DNA of 46,657 nucleotides from a virus: UHGV virus genome UHGV-0180138; one strand, 5' to 3'. Shown piece by piece: positions 16,642 to 23,904 of this stretch (position 1 is its first letter; each line of letters starts with the position of its first letter). The notes under the pieces were generated by a model. It saw only the letters and a program-made list of their open reading frames with translations, ran no database searches and was not told where the DNA came from. The position numbers and the translations under genes were made by a program.

Positions 16642-16686
16642 AGTTTACAAAATGGCATTGTTCCGGCAGTGCCGTTTTGTTATATA
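16642..16686 (+). promoter_or_regulatory. conserved motif AGTTTACAAAATGGC followed by candidate promoter
   Basis: Motif 16642-16656; TTGTTC (16658-16663) - 17 nt - TG-n-TATATA (16678-16686) extended -10. Confidence 0.45.
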
Positions 16687-16719
16687 TAAGTCAAGGAAAG
16701 ACGGAGGGGAGACAAGAAG

Positions 16720-16860
16720 ATGAACGCTAACGCTAAATATCCGGCCTGGGTTTTCGAAATGTACGACCGCTACTTTGAAGAGTTGGCACCAGGTGAAGAA
16801 GCATTAAGCATTGACGAATACGCGGAGTGCTTAGGGTTTAAAGGAGACGAAGAAGAATAA
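16720..16860 (+). CDS. hypothetical small acidic protein (46 aa)
   Basis: ATG with SD GGAGGGGAG; below track cutoff. Confidence 0.35.
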   Translation: MNANAKYPAWVFEMYDRYFEELAPGEEALSIDEYAECLGFKGDEEE

Positions 16861-16903
16861 AGCACGGGGCCGGATGGCCCCATCAAATCAGAAGGGTGTA
16901 ATT

Positions 16904-17188
16904 ATGAAAAGCGCTAAATTTATTGCGTGCTGTTTTGTTGAAGTACCTAACGATGATGTTTTCTGTAACTACGAATTTAAGGACAGTGCCGGAACTGTTC
17001 ATACCATAGTAGGCAAGCGTGGTGACTGGTTATATATAACTGATAAAGACAGAATATTGACGGCTAACCAACTTATTTACATCAAGCGTGGTTACGGTGA
17101 TTATTATCTTTTAAACAAAATAGCAAATGATGTTTTAAATAGCAGTTGTGTAGAAACAGCAAGATCTCTACCTGGTGCGGAGTATTAA
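16904..17188 (+). CDS. hypothetical protein
   Basis: ATG 16904 after SD GAAGGGTG; upstream GGGGCCggatGGCCCC hairpin. Confidence 0.5.
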   Translation: MKSAKFIACCFVEVPNDDVFCNYEFKDSAGTVHTIVGKRGDWLYITDKDRILTANQLIYIKRGYGDYYLLNKIANDVLNSSCVETARSLPGAEY

Positions 17189-17189
17189 T

Positions 17190-17444
17190 ATGGTTGTGAT
17201 CAAACTATGGCGCGGAGTTAGTAGGCTTGATGGCAAATACAGCCGCGTAATTGAGGATGTTAATAATGGTCGGTTTTTTGAACTGGCATACAGCGAGAAA
17301 AGGGAAAACGAATATTTGAACGAATCTACACCTATGTGGTGTAAAGTAGCTGGCCTTTCTTCACTTATGCGTTGCGGGTTTTATACAGATTATAACACGC
17401 TAACAGATGCCGAACTGGTGGCAACTCTTTACGGAGGAGAATAA
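17190..17444 (+). CDS. hypothetical protein
   Basis: ATG 17190 within track ORF. Confidence 0.45.
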   Translation: MVVIKLWRGVSRLDGKYSRVIEDVNNGRFFELAYSEKRENEYLNESTPMWCKVAGLSSLMRCGFYTDYNTLTDAELVATLYGGE

Positions 17445-17447
17445 ATA

Positions 17448-17771
17448 ATGACTAAATTTATCAGCGTTAAAGTTTTTCGTGGCACTATTCCAGAAGGTGA
17501 GAAATACGGGGAATTCGGTGGAATGCCTGGCGCATGTTTCCGTGTAGCAACGGAAGACGACGCGCACGTTAAATGCTTCCACGTATCGGAGCCGCCTTTT
17601 AATCCAGAACATCTTGAAAACCCTGGTAAAATTAAGGCGTTCGTTTTCGCCTCACTGATGCTTAATCCTTTCCCTGACATTGAAATGGAATTAATTGGCG
17701 CGGAAGTGGTCGCGGAATACAAAATAACCCAGGCAGAAAACGGAGATTGTAAAATTGAGCGCATCAAATAA
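17448..17771 (+). CDS. hypothetical protein
   Basis: 107-aa ORF. Confidence 0.5.
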   Translation: MTKFISVKVFRGTIPEGEKYGEFGGMPGACFRVATEDDAHVKCFHVSEPPFNPEHLENPGKIKAFVFASLMLNPFPDIEMELIGAEVVAEYKITQAENGDCKIERIK

Positions 17772-18009
17772 ACCTTACAAAATCCGTTGTAAAGGTGAAC
17801 ACCCTGGCTTTACGACTGGTTGCGAATACCTGGGCCATATGGGGTATGGCCCGTTCGGCGAGTTAGGAATGAATGCGATAGACGACGACGGCGACAACAG
17901 GACGCTTGATCTTGATAGCGATGATTTCGAATACATCCCGCCAGTCACTTACCGTGTCGTCGATGAATTCATGGCAGAACAAGAAGACGAGGACGATGAA
18001 GATGATTGA
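17755..18009 (+). CDS. small highly acidic protein
   Basis: 84 aa; C-terminal run EQEDEDDEDD and D-rich stretch. Confidence 0.5.
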   Translation: MSASNKPYKIRCKGEHPGFTTGCEYLGHMGYGPFGELGMNAIDDDGDNRTLDLDSDDFEYIPPVTYRVVDEFMAEQEDEDDEDD

Positions 18010-18205
18010 ATTACTTATCCTTGCGGTAGTTCTCCTTTATCTGGCTGGCGTCATTTTAATGGGCGCTTTCCAACAAGCGGTTGATAGTGACGGCATTGTT
18101 TGGTTTGAGCTAATTTTCTGGCCTTTCATTACGATATACGCTTTCGCTGATGCTATGCGTATTAACATCATGCGAGCTATCAAGGAGCGCAAAAATGGAA
18201 AATAG
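18002..18205 (+). CDS. small membrane protein
   Basis: ATG 18002 after SD GAGGA; two hydrophobic segments. Confidence 0.45.
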   Translation: MIELLILAVVLLYLAGVILMGAFQQAVDSDGIVWFELIFWPFITIYAFADAMRINIMRAIKERKNGK

Positions 18206-18392
18206 CGACCATCAATATGACGGCGTTTATCAGTCATTGGTGTCATGCGCTTATTATCGCCTTGAAGGTGAACACGTAATGATGCGATTACGCCAGTTTG
18301 AACCGTGGCATGAAACGGTTTTACCTGTGACAGCGAAAGAAGTTATTACGATGTTTAATCACGGGCACTGGCGCAAGGTTGGTAATTTGTAG
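18195..18392 (+). CDS. hypothetical protein
   Basis: ATG 18195 after SD AAGGAG. Confidence 0.5.
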   Translation: MENSDHQYDGVYQSLVSCAYYRLEGEHVMMRLRQFEPWHETVLPVTAKEVITMFNHGHWRKVGNL

Positions 18393-18454
18393 CCACAATC
18401 GCGCATAAAAAACAAATAGATTAAAATACTTCCTAACAATGCGAAATTGTAATT

Positions 18455-18478
18455 ACCCAGCCCAGCGCTGGGTTTTTG
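18455..18478 (+). terminator. rho-independent terminator just upstream of holin gene (tR-prime-like position)
   Basis: CCCAGC/GCTGGG stem followed by TTTTT; preceded by TAAAAT -10-like hexamer at 18422-18427. Confidence 0.5.
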
Positions 18479-18497
18479 CTGTGTTGGAGGGAAATCT

Positions 18498-18698
18498 ATG
18501 TTCGACAAAATACGGGAGGCGTGCGCGTATGCAGTAGGGGCCGTGACGGCCTTTTTTGGTGCGATAACCATTAATGATGTTGCTGTATTTGTGGGTATCT
18601 TATCAACCATAGGCACATTTGCCGTTAACTATTACTTCAAATCACAGGAGAACAAGCGAGCGCAAGAGGAACATGACGCGCGAATGGGGAACAAGTAA
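18498..18698 (+). CDS. class II holin / pinholin-like
   Basis: 66 aa, two hydrophobic helices (first Gly/Ala-rich), charged C-terminus; immediately upstream of SAR endolysin; SD GGAGGG. Confidence 0.75.
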   Translation: MFDKIREACAYAVGAVTAFFGAITINDVAVFVGILSTIGTFAVNYYFKSQENKRAQEEHDARMGNK

Positions 18699-18699
18699 C

Positions 18700-19191
18700 A
18701 TGATTAGCCAATCGCTAAAGAATAAAATTATTGCTGCGGCGGCTGGTGGGGCTATCGCTATTGCGGCTGTGATGGTTAAACCATTGGAAGGCGTGGAATA
18801 CGATCCGTATCGTGATGTTATCGGTGTATGGACTGTATGTTATGGTCATACCGGAAAAGACATCATGCTGGGAAAAACTTATACACCAGCAGAGTGTGAA
18901 GCGTTACTAAACAAAGATCTTCACAAAACCGCAAAAGCGATTGACCCATATATTAAAGTCGAAATATCAGATTTTACCCGCGCGGCGCTTTATTCATTCG
19001 CCTATAACGTAGGCGCTACCAACTTTAAGACATCAACCTTATTAAAACTACTCAATGACGGTAAGAAATCAGAGGCGTGCGCACAGCTTAAACGCTGGAT
19101 ATATGCTGGCGGTAAGCAGTGGCAAGGGTTAATTAATCGCCGTGATGTTGAGTATGCCGTTTGCGAATGGGGTGAAACATGGACAAGGTAA
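18700..19191 (+). CDS. SAR endolysin (T4-lysozyme-like muramidase with N-terminal signal-anchor-release helix)
   Basis: N-terminal [20 protein letters not shown]-type helix; catalytic E-x8-D-x5-T ([22 protein letters not shown]). Confidence 0.85.
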   Translation: MISQSLKNKIIAAAAGGAIAIAAVMVKPLEGVEYDPYRDVIGVWTVCYGHTGKDIMLGKTYTPAECEALLNKDLHKTAKAIDPYIKVEISDFTRAALYSFAYNVGATNFKTSTLLKLLNDGKKSEACAQLKRWIYAGGKQWQGLINRRDVEYAVCEWGETWTR

Positions 19192-19649
19192 AGGCGTTAA
19201 TTATTGCCGTTGTTGTTTGCATTATTGCCGGACTAACTGCCGTTACATGTTATTACCAGGGTGAGACGGCAAGGTTACAGGAAGAAGTCACGGTGACGCA
19301 AGGCGCACTAAAAACAGCAAGTAACACCATTCAGCAGATGAAGGAGCGAAACGCCGAGCTATCAAAACTTGATAAGAGGTATCACGATGAAATTAAAGCT
19401 ATCAGATCTGACATTGCCGATCTGCGTGCTGGGATTGATAGCGGCACTATCAGGCTGCGCGTCAACGCAATACCAGTGCGAGTGTCAGACGCCACCGGAA
19501 CCGCCAGCCGCATTGATGGAGCAACCTGCGAACCTACTGCTGGAGCTACACAATCTTATTTATCCCTCAGAGAGCAACTAAAAACAAAAGATGCTCAAAT
19601 TATCGGGTTGCAGGACTACATCAAAACGCAGTGCTTACGCAAAGAATAA
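19179..19649 (+). CDS. Rz: i-spanin Rz
   Basis: 156 aa; N-terminal TM helix then coiled-coil periplasmic region; follows endolysin; contains embedded +1-frame Rz1. Confidence 0.8.
   Translation: MDKVKALIIAVVVCIIAGLTAVTCYYQGETARLQEEVTVTQGALKTASNTIQQMKERNAELSKLDKRYHDEIKAIRSDIADLRAGIDSGTIRLRVNAIPVRVSDATGTASRIDGATCEPTAGATQSYLSLREQLKTKDAQIIGLQDYIKTQCLRKE
19387..19581 (+). CDS. Rz1: o-spanin Rz1 (embedded in Rz)
   Basis: [26 protein letters not shown] lipobox, Pro-rich mature region; fully nested in Rz in another frame. Confidence 0.75.
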   Translation: MKLKLSDLTLPICVLGLIAALSGCASTQYQCECQTPPEPPAALMEQPANLLLELHNLIYPSESN

Positions 19650-19985
19650 CAGCGCGTGGACGTGTCGCCGTTTTCGCCAGCCAGCCATGACCGGGCCAAT
19701 CCTTCCCGCGAGCGACGGCGGAATAGTCAAAAACACGTAATGCCGGATTATCCATCCCATTAACAGGTGCGGCGCTACCTGGGCAGAAGAAAGCGCCATT
19801 CTCACCTGCCACGAGTAGGACGAGCGCCCGGATCTGTTTATCAGAGATGTTAAGCAGGTCCAGTTTTATAAAATTCTGCAAACGGTACTGATGAAGCGCC
19901 GTTTTCAGTGTTTTATAGCTGTTTTCACTCCCTGCGGTGTCGAGTTTTGCGGGGGTTATATTTTTCAGAATAGGAGATTATTCTG

Positions 19986-20528
19986 ATGACTAAGGCTAAA
20001 GGCATTAAGTTGCCTCAATTCAAGATCCCGCTCTTTGAGCATACAACCGTTTTCTTTTGCCCGACCCGCGAGATGTTTTATGAATTTTGCGAAAAGGCAG
20101 GAATTCCAATTGAACCTGATTTCGAACTGGCGGGAGGATTGACGCTTACTTGCACTGGTGAGAAAGGCGGTAACTTCTACGTGATCGCAGTGTTCGACAA
20201 TGAGTTAGGAACACTGGTCCATGAATGCGCTCACACCACATTCCATGTTTTAAGTGATGTAGGCGTCGTGGCGACCACTGATCCAACTCATCCGGCGAAT
20301 GAAACTTACGCTTACATGGTAGGCCGCATCTTTGATGCATTTTTTCCTATCCTGGCAGAATCAAACGAAGCACAGGTTGCAGCAATGCAGGCGGCTGAAG
20401 TAGTGGAGCAGGCATTAGAACAGGCAGAACAGCAGAAGGAAGAAGAAAAACCCGCGAAGAAAGGCAAACGCAAGCCTAAAGCAAAAGATGCGTCAGTCCC
20501 GCGCGTAATGAGCTTTAAGAGAGGGTGA
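19986..20528 (+). CDS. hypothetical protein with HExxH motif and Lys-rich C-terminus
   Basis: 180 aa; LVHECAHTTFH; C-terminal KKGKRKPKAK. Confidence 0.55.
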   Translation: MTKAKGIKLPQFKIPLFEHTTVFFCPTREMFYEFCEKAGIPIEPDFELAGGLTLTCTGEKGGNFYVIAVFDNELGTLVHECAHTTFHVLSDVGVVATTDPTHPANETYAYMVGRIFDAFFPILAESNEAQVAAMQAAEVVEQALEQAEQQKEEEKPAKKGKRKPKAKDASVPRVMSFKRG

Positions 20529-20530
20529 TT

Positions 20531-20599
20531 ATGTTTGCTTTTCTGTTAGGCGTATTTGTTGGCATAGCTGTCGCTGTGATCTTGATATACGGACATTGA
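20531..20599 (+). CDS. mini-ORF 1 of 10 (22 aa hydrophobic peptide)
   Basis: MFAFLLGVFVGIAVAVILIYGH; SD GAGGGTG. Confidence 0.4.
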   Translation: MFAFLLGVFVGIAVAVILIYGH

Positions 20600-20603
20600 T
20601 ATT

Positions 20604-20699
20604 ATGGACGCTTACATCATCGCCGGATTAATCGGTGTTTCTGTATTTATGGTGGGATTTGTTATTGCCGTACTGATAACCGTAAAGAGTAAGTTATGA
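20604..20699 (+). CDS. mini-ORF 2 of 10 (31 aa hydrophobic peptide)
   Basis: MDAYIIAGLIGVSVFMVGFVIAVLITVKSKL. Confidence 0.4.
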   Translation: MDAYIIAGLIGVSVFMVGFVIAVLITVKSKL

Positions 20700-20770
20700 A
20701 CATCTACTATTTCATCTGGTTATTGGTGCTCATCGTAGGTATTGGCGTGAACATTTTCAGGCTATGGTGA
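20696..20770 (+). CDS. mini-ORF 3 of 10 (24 aa hydrophobic peptide)
   Basis: MNIYYFIWLLVLIVGIGVNIFRLW; ATGA overlap with previous stop. Confidence 0.4.
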   Translation: MNIYYFIWLLVLIVGIGVNIFRLW

Positions 20771-20773
20771 AAT

Positions 20774-20848
20774 ATGATTGACCCGCTAATTATCCTTTCT
20801 GCCTGCGTCGCTGTATGGCTGGCGATCATGATATTCATTGAAAGCTGA
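20774..20848 (+). CDS. mini-ORF 4 of 10 (24 aa hydrophobic peptide)
   Basis: MIDPLIILSACVAVWLAIMIFIES; SD GGTGA. Confidence 0.4.
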   Translation: MIDPLIILSACVAVWLAIMIFIES

Positions 20849-20859
20849 AGGTATTCACC

Positions 20860-20934
20860 ATGAATATTTACGATCTCATCTGGTGGTCGTTGGTCGCCGT
20901 CATTATCTATTTCTGGTGGAAGAATGTTGTATAG
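20860..20934 (+). CDS. mini-ORF 5 of 10 (24 aa hydrophobic peptide)
   Basis: MNIYDLIWWSLVAVIIYFWWKNVV; SD GAAGG. Confidence 0.4.
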   Translation: MNIYDLIWWSLVAVIIYFWWKNVV

Positions 20935-20942
20935 GTGAAAGC

Positions 20943-21023
20943 ATGAACGCATACGAAATGCTATTGCTGGTGGCTGTAGTTGTAGTCATTGCCGTAGATG
21001 TTTATCGGGAGTTTAAAAAATGA
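20943..21023 (+). CDS. mini-ORF 6 of 10 (26 aa hydrophobic peptide)
   Basis: MNAYEMLLLVAVVVVIAVDVYREFKK; SD AGGTGA. Confidence 0.4.
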   Translation: MNAYEMLLLVAVVVVIAVDVYREFKK

Positions 21024-21088
21024 AATGGCTTGATTTCCTTTTCCTGATCGTTGCGATTGTCCTTACCATGACCGCGCTGACTCAATAG
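21020..21088 (+). CDS. mini-ORF 7 of 10 (22 aa hydrophobic peptide)
   Basis: MKWLDFLFLIVAIVLTMTALTQ; ATGA overlap; SD GGGAG. Confidence 0.4.
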   Translation: MKWLDFLFLIVAIVLTMTALTQ

Positions 21089-21096
21089 GTGAGCAA

Positions 21097-21171
21097 ATGG
21101 ATGTTATCGAAGCCGTATTATTCGTATGTATAGCTGCGTTAATTATTGTTGGAGTGATTATCAATGTCTGA
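21097..21171 (+). CDS. mini-ORF 8 of 10 (24 aa hydrophobic peptide)
   Basis: MDVIEAVLFVCIAALIIVGVIINV; SD AGGTGAG. Confidence 0.4.
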   Translation: MDVIEAVLFVCIAALIIVGVIINV

Positions 21172-21232
21172 TGGTGATTTCTTATTCATAGCTTTAAGTA
21201 CGCTGTTAATCGTTATCGTTTTCTTCGCATAA
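21164..21232 (+). CDS. mini-ORF 9 of 10 (22 aa hydrophobic peptide)
   Basis: MSDGDFLFIALSTLLIVIVFFA; SD GGAGTG. Confidence 0.4.
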   Translation: MSDGDFLFIALSTLLIVIVFFA

Positions 21233-21241
21233 AGGTAAACA

Positions 21242-21325
21242 ATGAAAGAATTATTCGACTGGTTGGAAGTATTAACATACTGCGCAAGTTTTGTTGCTTG
21301 CGTATATATCATCAATAAATATTGA
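21242..21325 (+). CDS. mini-ORF 10 of 10 (27 aa hydrophobic peptide)
   Basis: MKELFDWLEVLTYCASFVACVYIINKY; SD AAAGGT. Confidence 0.4.
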   Translation: MKELFDWLEVLTYCASFVACVYIINKY

Positions 21326-21335
21326 GAGGTGAATT

Positions 21336-21836
21336 ATGGCCCGCACTAAAAAGGCAAATGCTGACGATAAAAAGCCAGCCGCAAAAAAGGTGGGCCGTCC
21401 GCATGGTTATACCGAAGAAAAAGCATTAGAGATCTGTGAACTGGTGGCGGACGGTCAGAGTATTAATAAAATTTCGAAAATGTCTGGTATGCCTACCCGT
21501 TCGACAATCCTGAAATGGTTTAGGGATGTACCGGAATTCTCGATCATGTACGCGCGCGCGAAGGAGATCGGCTTCGAGGTATTGGCTGATGAAATCATCG
21601 ATCTTTCTGATGCGACAGAAAACATCAAAGCGGAGGAATTGCGCCGCCATCAACTGATGATTGATACCCGCAAGTGGCTACTGGCAAAACTGCAACCGCG
21701 CAAATACGGTGAACGCGTCACACAGGAGGTCGTCGGTGATGCAAATAATCCGGTACAGGTTGAACAACATACGCAAATGTCGATCGAGGACTACAGAAAC
21801 GCCCGCCGTGAAATGCTCGAAGAGGATGATTGCTAG
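21336..21836 (+). CDS. terminase small subunit
   Basis: 166 aa; N-terminal HTH-like GRPHGYTEEKALEICELVADGQSINKISKMSGMPTRSTILKWF; upstream of HNH and large terminase; SD GAGAGGTGA. Confidence 0.75.
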   Translation: MARTKKANADDKKPAAKKVGRPHGYTEEKALEICELVADGQSINKISKMSGMPTRSTILKWFRDVPEFSIMYARAKEIGFEVLADEIIDLSDATENIKAEELRRHQLMIDTRKWLLAKLQPRKYGERVTQEVVGDANNPVQVEQHTQMSIEDYRNARREMLEEDDC

Positions 21837-21848
21837 TGAGGTGATGTT

Positions 21849-22352
21849 ATGGACTGGTCACATTATTTCGTTTATGACGAAAATAGCGGCAATTTAATCT
21901 GGAAGGTAAAGCCTAGCGCCAAAGTTAAAATAGGCAGTATTGCTGGTCATCTGGATCGTGATGGTTACATCTCAGTAAAACTTCATAAACATACACATCC
22001 GGCGCATTGCATTATTTGGGAAATGCACAACGGCCCAATCCCGGTTGGGTATGAGGTTGACCACTTAGATCATATTCGAAGCAATAATAAACTTAACAAC
22101 CTACGCTTAGTTACGCGCAAAGAAAATCAAAGGAATCAAAAACTACATAAAAGGAACACAAGCGGGTTTTCCGGCATTTATTGGGAGAAAGCGATTAATA
22201 AGTGGCGAGTCCGCATTATGGGGAATAACGGAAAATCATTAAGTTTTGGCTGTTTTAATAATAAAGATGATGCCATAGCGGCAAGGAATAAGGCTTACGC
22301 CGATTTGGGGTATCATGATAACCACGGGGTGAGCCATGAAGTCAACCAGTAA
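21849..22352 (+). CDS. HNH endonuclease (terminase-associated)
   Basis: HNH_3-type motif HCIIWEMHNGPIPVGYEVDHLDHIRSNNKLNNL; between terS and terL; paralog of 8661-9188. Confidence 0.8.
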   Translation: MDWSHYFVYDENSGNLIWKVKPSAKVKIGSIAGHLDRDGYISVKLHKHTHPAHCIIWEMHNGPIPVGYEVDHLDHIRSNNKLNNLRLVTRKENQRNQKLHKRNTSGFSGIYWEKAINKWRVRIMGNNGKSLSFGCFNNKDDAIAARNKAYADLGYHDNHGVSHEVNQ

Positions 22353-23826
22353 ACAAAGAACAGAAGCCAGGCGAATTGAGTGTATAGAAAGCGGTGAGTA
22401 CTTTTGCCGCTACTTCTATAAACAGCGCACTGGCGCAAAGATGATAATTAGCGCACACCATAGAGTCATTCTTGAAACACTACAAAGAGTCATTAATGGC
22501 GAAATAACCCGTTTAGTCATTAACATTCCTCCAGGGTATTCCAAAACAGAGATCGCGACAATTAATTTTATGTGTCGCGGCCTCGCCATCAATAACCGCT
22601 CACGATTCCTTCATTTATCCTACTCAAACAACCTTGCGTTACTCAATTCATCAACAGCAAGAACTACTATCAAGTCCAGATCCTTTCAAGATATGTGGAG
22701 AATGGATATAAGGGCCGATGCTGACAGTAAATCTATGTGGTGGAATCAGTACGGCGGCGGCGTGTATGCGACGTCAACGCTTGCACAGGTTACAGGTTTC
22801 CGCGCAGGCCATATGGAGGAAGGCTTGTTTAATGGGGCCATGATTATTGATGACCCATTAAAGCCCGCTGACGCTTACTCTGACGTGGTGAGAAAGCAGG
22901 TTAACACTAACTACAACGACACGCTTGCTTCACGTCTGGCAGTGCAAACCACGCCAGTGATCGTCATTATGCAGCGCATCCACTACGATGATTTATCCGG
23001 CTACCTGTTACGCGGTGGTAGTGGTGAGAAATGGTATCACCTTAACCTGCCAGTGAAGATCGACAACAGCATCGACTATTGGGATCTGTACCCGGAAAAC
23101 GAATTCGCTATCCCTATTGCTCATAACCTGCCGGACGGCTGGCTATGGCCTAAAAAGCACAATGACAGCCATGAAGCCGGACTGAAGGCGCACAGACGGT
23201 CATTTGAGGCACAGTACATGCAGCGCCCGCGTAAATTCGACGAGGAAGGCGCGTTATGGACTGAAGCAATGATAACCGCCGCGCACCGGATGCAGATAAC
23301 GCAGGACAGGATCCGCACGGTGATAGCCATCGACCCGGCGACAACATCATCTGATGAGTCAGACGAAACAGGGATTGTAGCCTGTTCAGCCTATGGTGGC
23401 GGCAAGCACGCACAGTATTCTGTAGACGGTGACTACTCAGGCCGCATGTCTCCTAACGACTGGGCGCAAGCATCAATGAACGCTTATAACATCCATGAAG
23501 CTGACGCGATAGTTATCGAAACCAACCAGGGCGGGGAAATGGCAGAGGCCACGCTACGTAACGCCGGATTCAAAGGCCGCATTGTTAAGGTGCACGCAAG
23601 CAAGGGTAAATTCGCCCGCGCCGAGCCAATATCGGCACTGTATGCACAAGGAAGGGTGGCCCACACAGGCAGCCTGTACACGCTGGAAAATCAAATGATG
23701 GAATACGTGCCAGCTACCGCTAAAAAATCCCCTGACCGCCTCGACGCTATGGTGTGGGGTATCACCGAACTAAGCCAGCCACAGGCGATGGGCCTCATGT
23801 TACCGAAGCGCCTGCGCGGATTTTAA
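22336..23826 (+). CDS. terminase large subunit
   Basis: 496 aa; ATPase then nuclease region (IAIDPATTSSDESDETGIV); position after terS/HNH. Confidence 0.85.
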   Translation: MKSTSKQRTEARRIECIESGEYFCRYFYKQRTGAKMIISAHHRVILETLQRVINGEITRLVINIPPGYSKTEIATINFMCRGLAINNRSRFLHLSYSNNLALLNSSTARTTIKSRSFQDMWRMDIRADADSKSMWWNQYGGGVYATSTLAQVTGFRAGHMEEGLFNGAMIIDDPLKPADAYSDVVRKQVNTNYNDTLASRLAVQTTPVIVIMQRIHYDDLSGYLLRGGSGEKWYHLNLPVKIDNSIDYWDLYPENEFAIPIAHNLPDGWLWPKKHNDSHEAGLKAHRRSFEAQYMQRPRKFDEEGALWTEAMITAAHRMQITQDRIRTVIAIDPATTSSDESDETGIVACSAYGGGKHAQYSVDGDYSGRMSPNDWAQASMNAYNIHEADAIVIETNQGGEMAEATLRNAGFKGRIVKVHASKGKFARAEPISALYAQGRVAHTGSLYTLENQMMEYVPATAKKSPDRLDAMVWGITELSQPQAMGLMLPKRLRGF

Positions 23827-23858
23827 AAACCATCCCACAATCCCCCACAAGTTTTTCT

Positions 23859-23889
23859 ATTTTTCGCGTAGCAACGCGTAAACATGTAT
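23859..23889 (+). promoter_or_regulatory. conserved 31-bp element ATTTTTCGCGTAGCAACGCGTAAACATGTAT upstream of portal gene
   Basis: 27 of 31 positions identical to element at 36726-36757; internal inverted repeat CGCGT-agca-ACGCG. Confidence 0.45.
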
Positions 23890-23904
23890 TCAGGAGTAAA
23901 CATT

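Noticed and set aside
19621-19881. Minus-strand 86-aa ORF in the GC-rich gap
   Set aside because: Overlaps the Rz stop, has no RBS, and GC-rich DNA throws up open frames by chance; kept only as a compositional anomaly.
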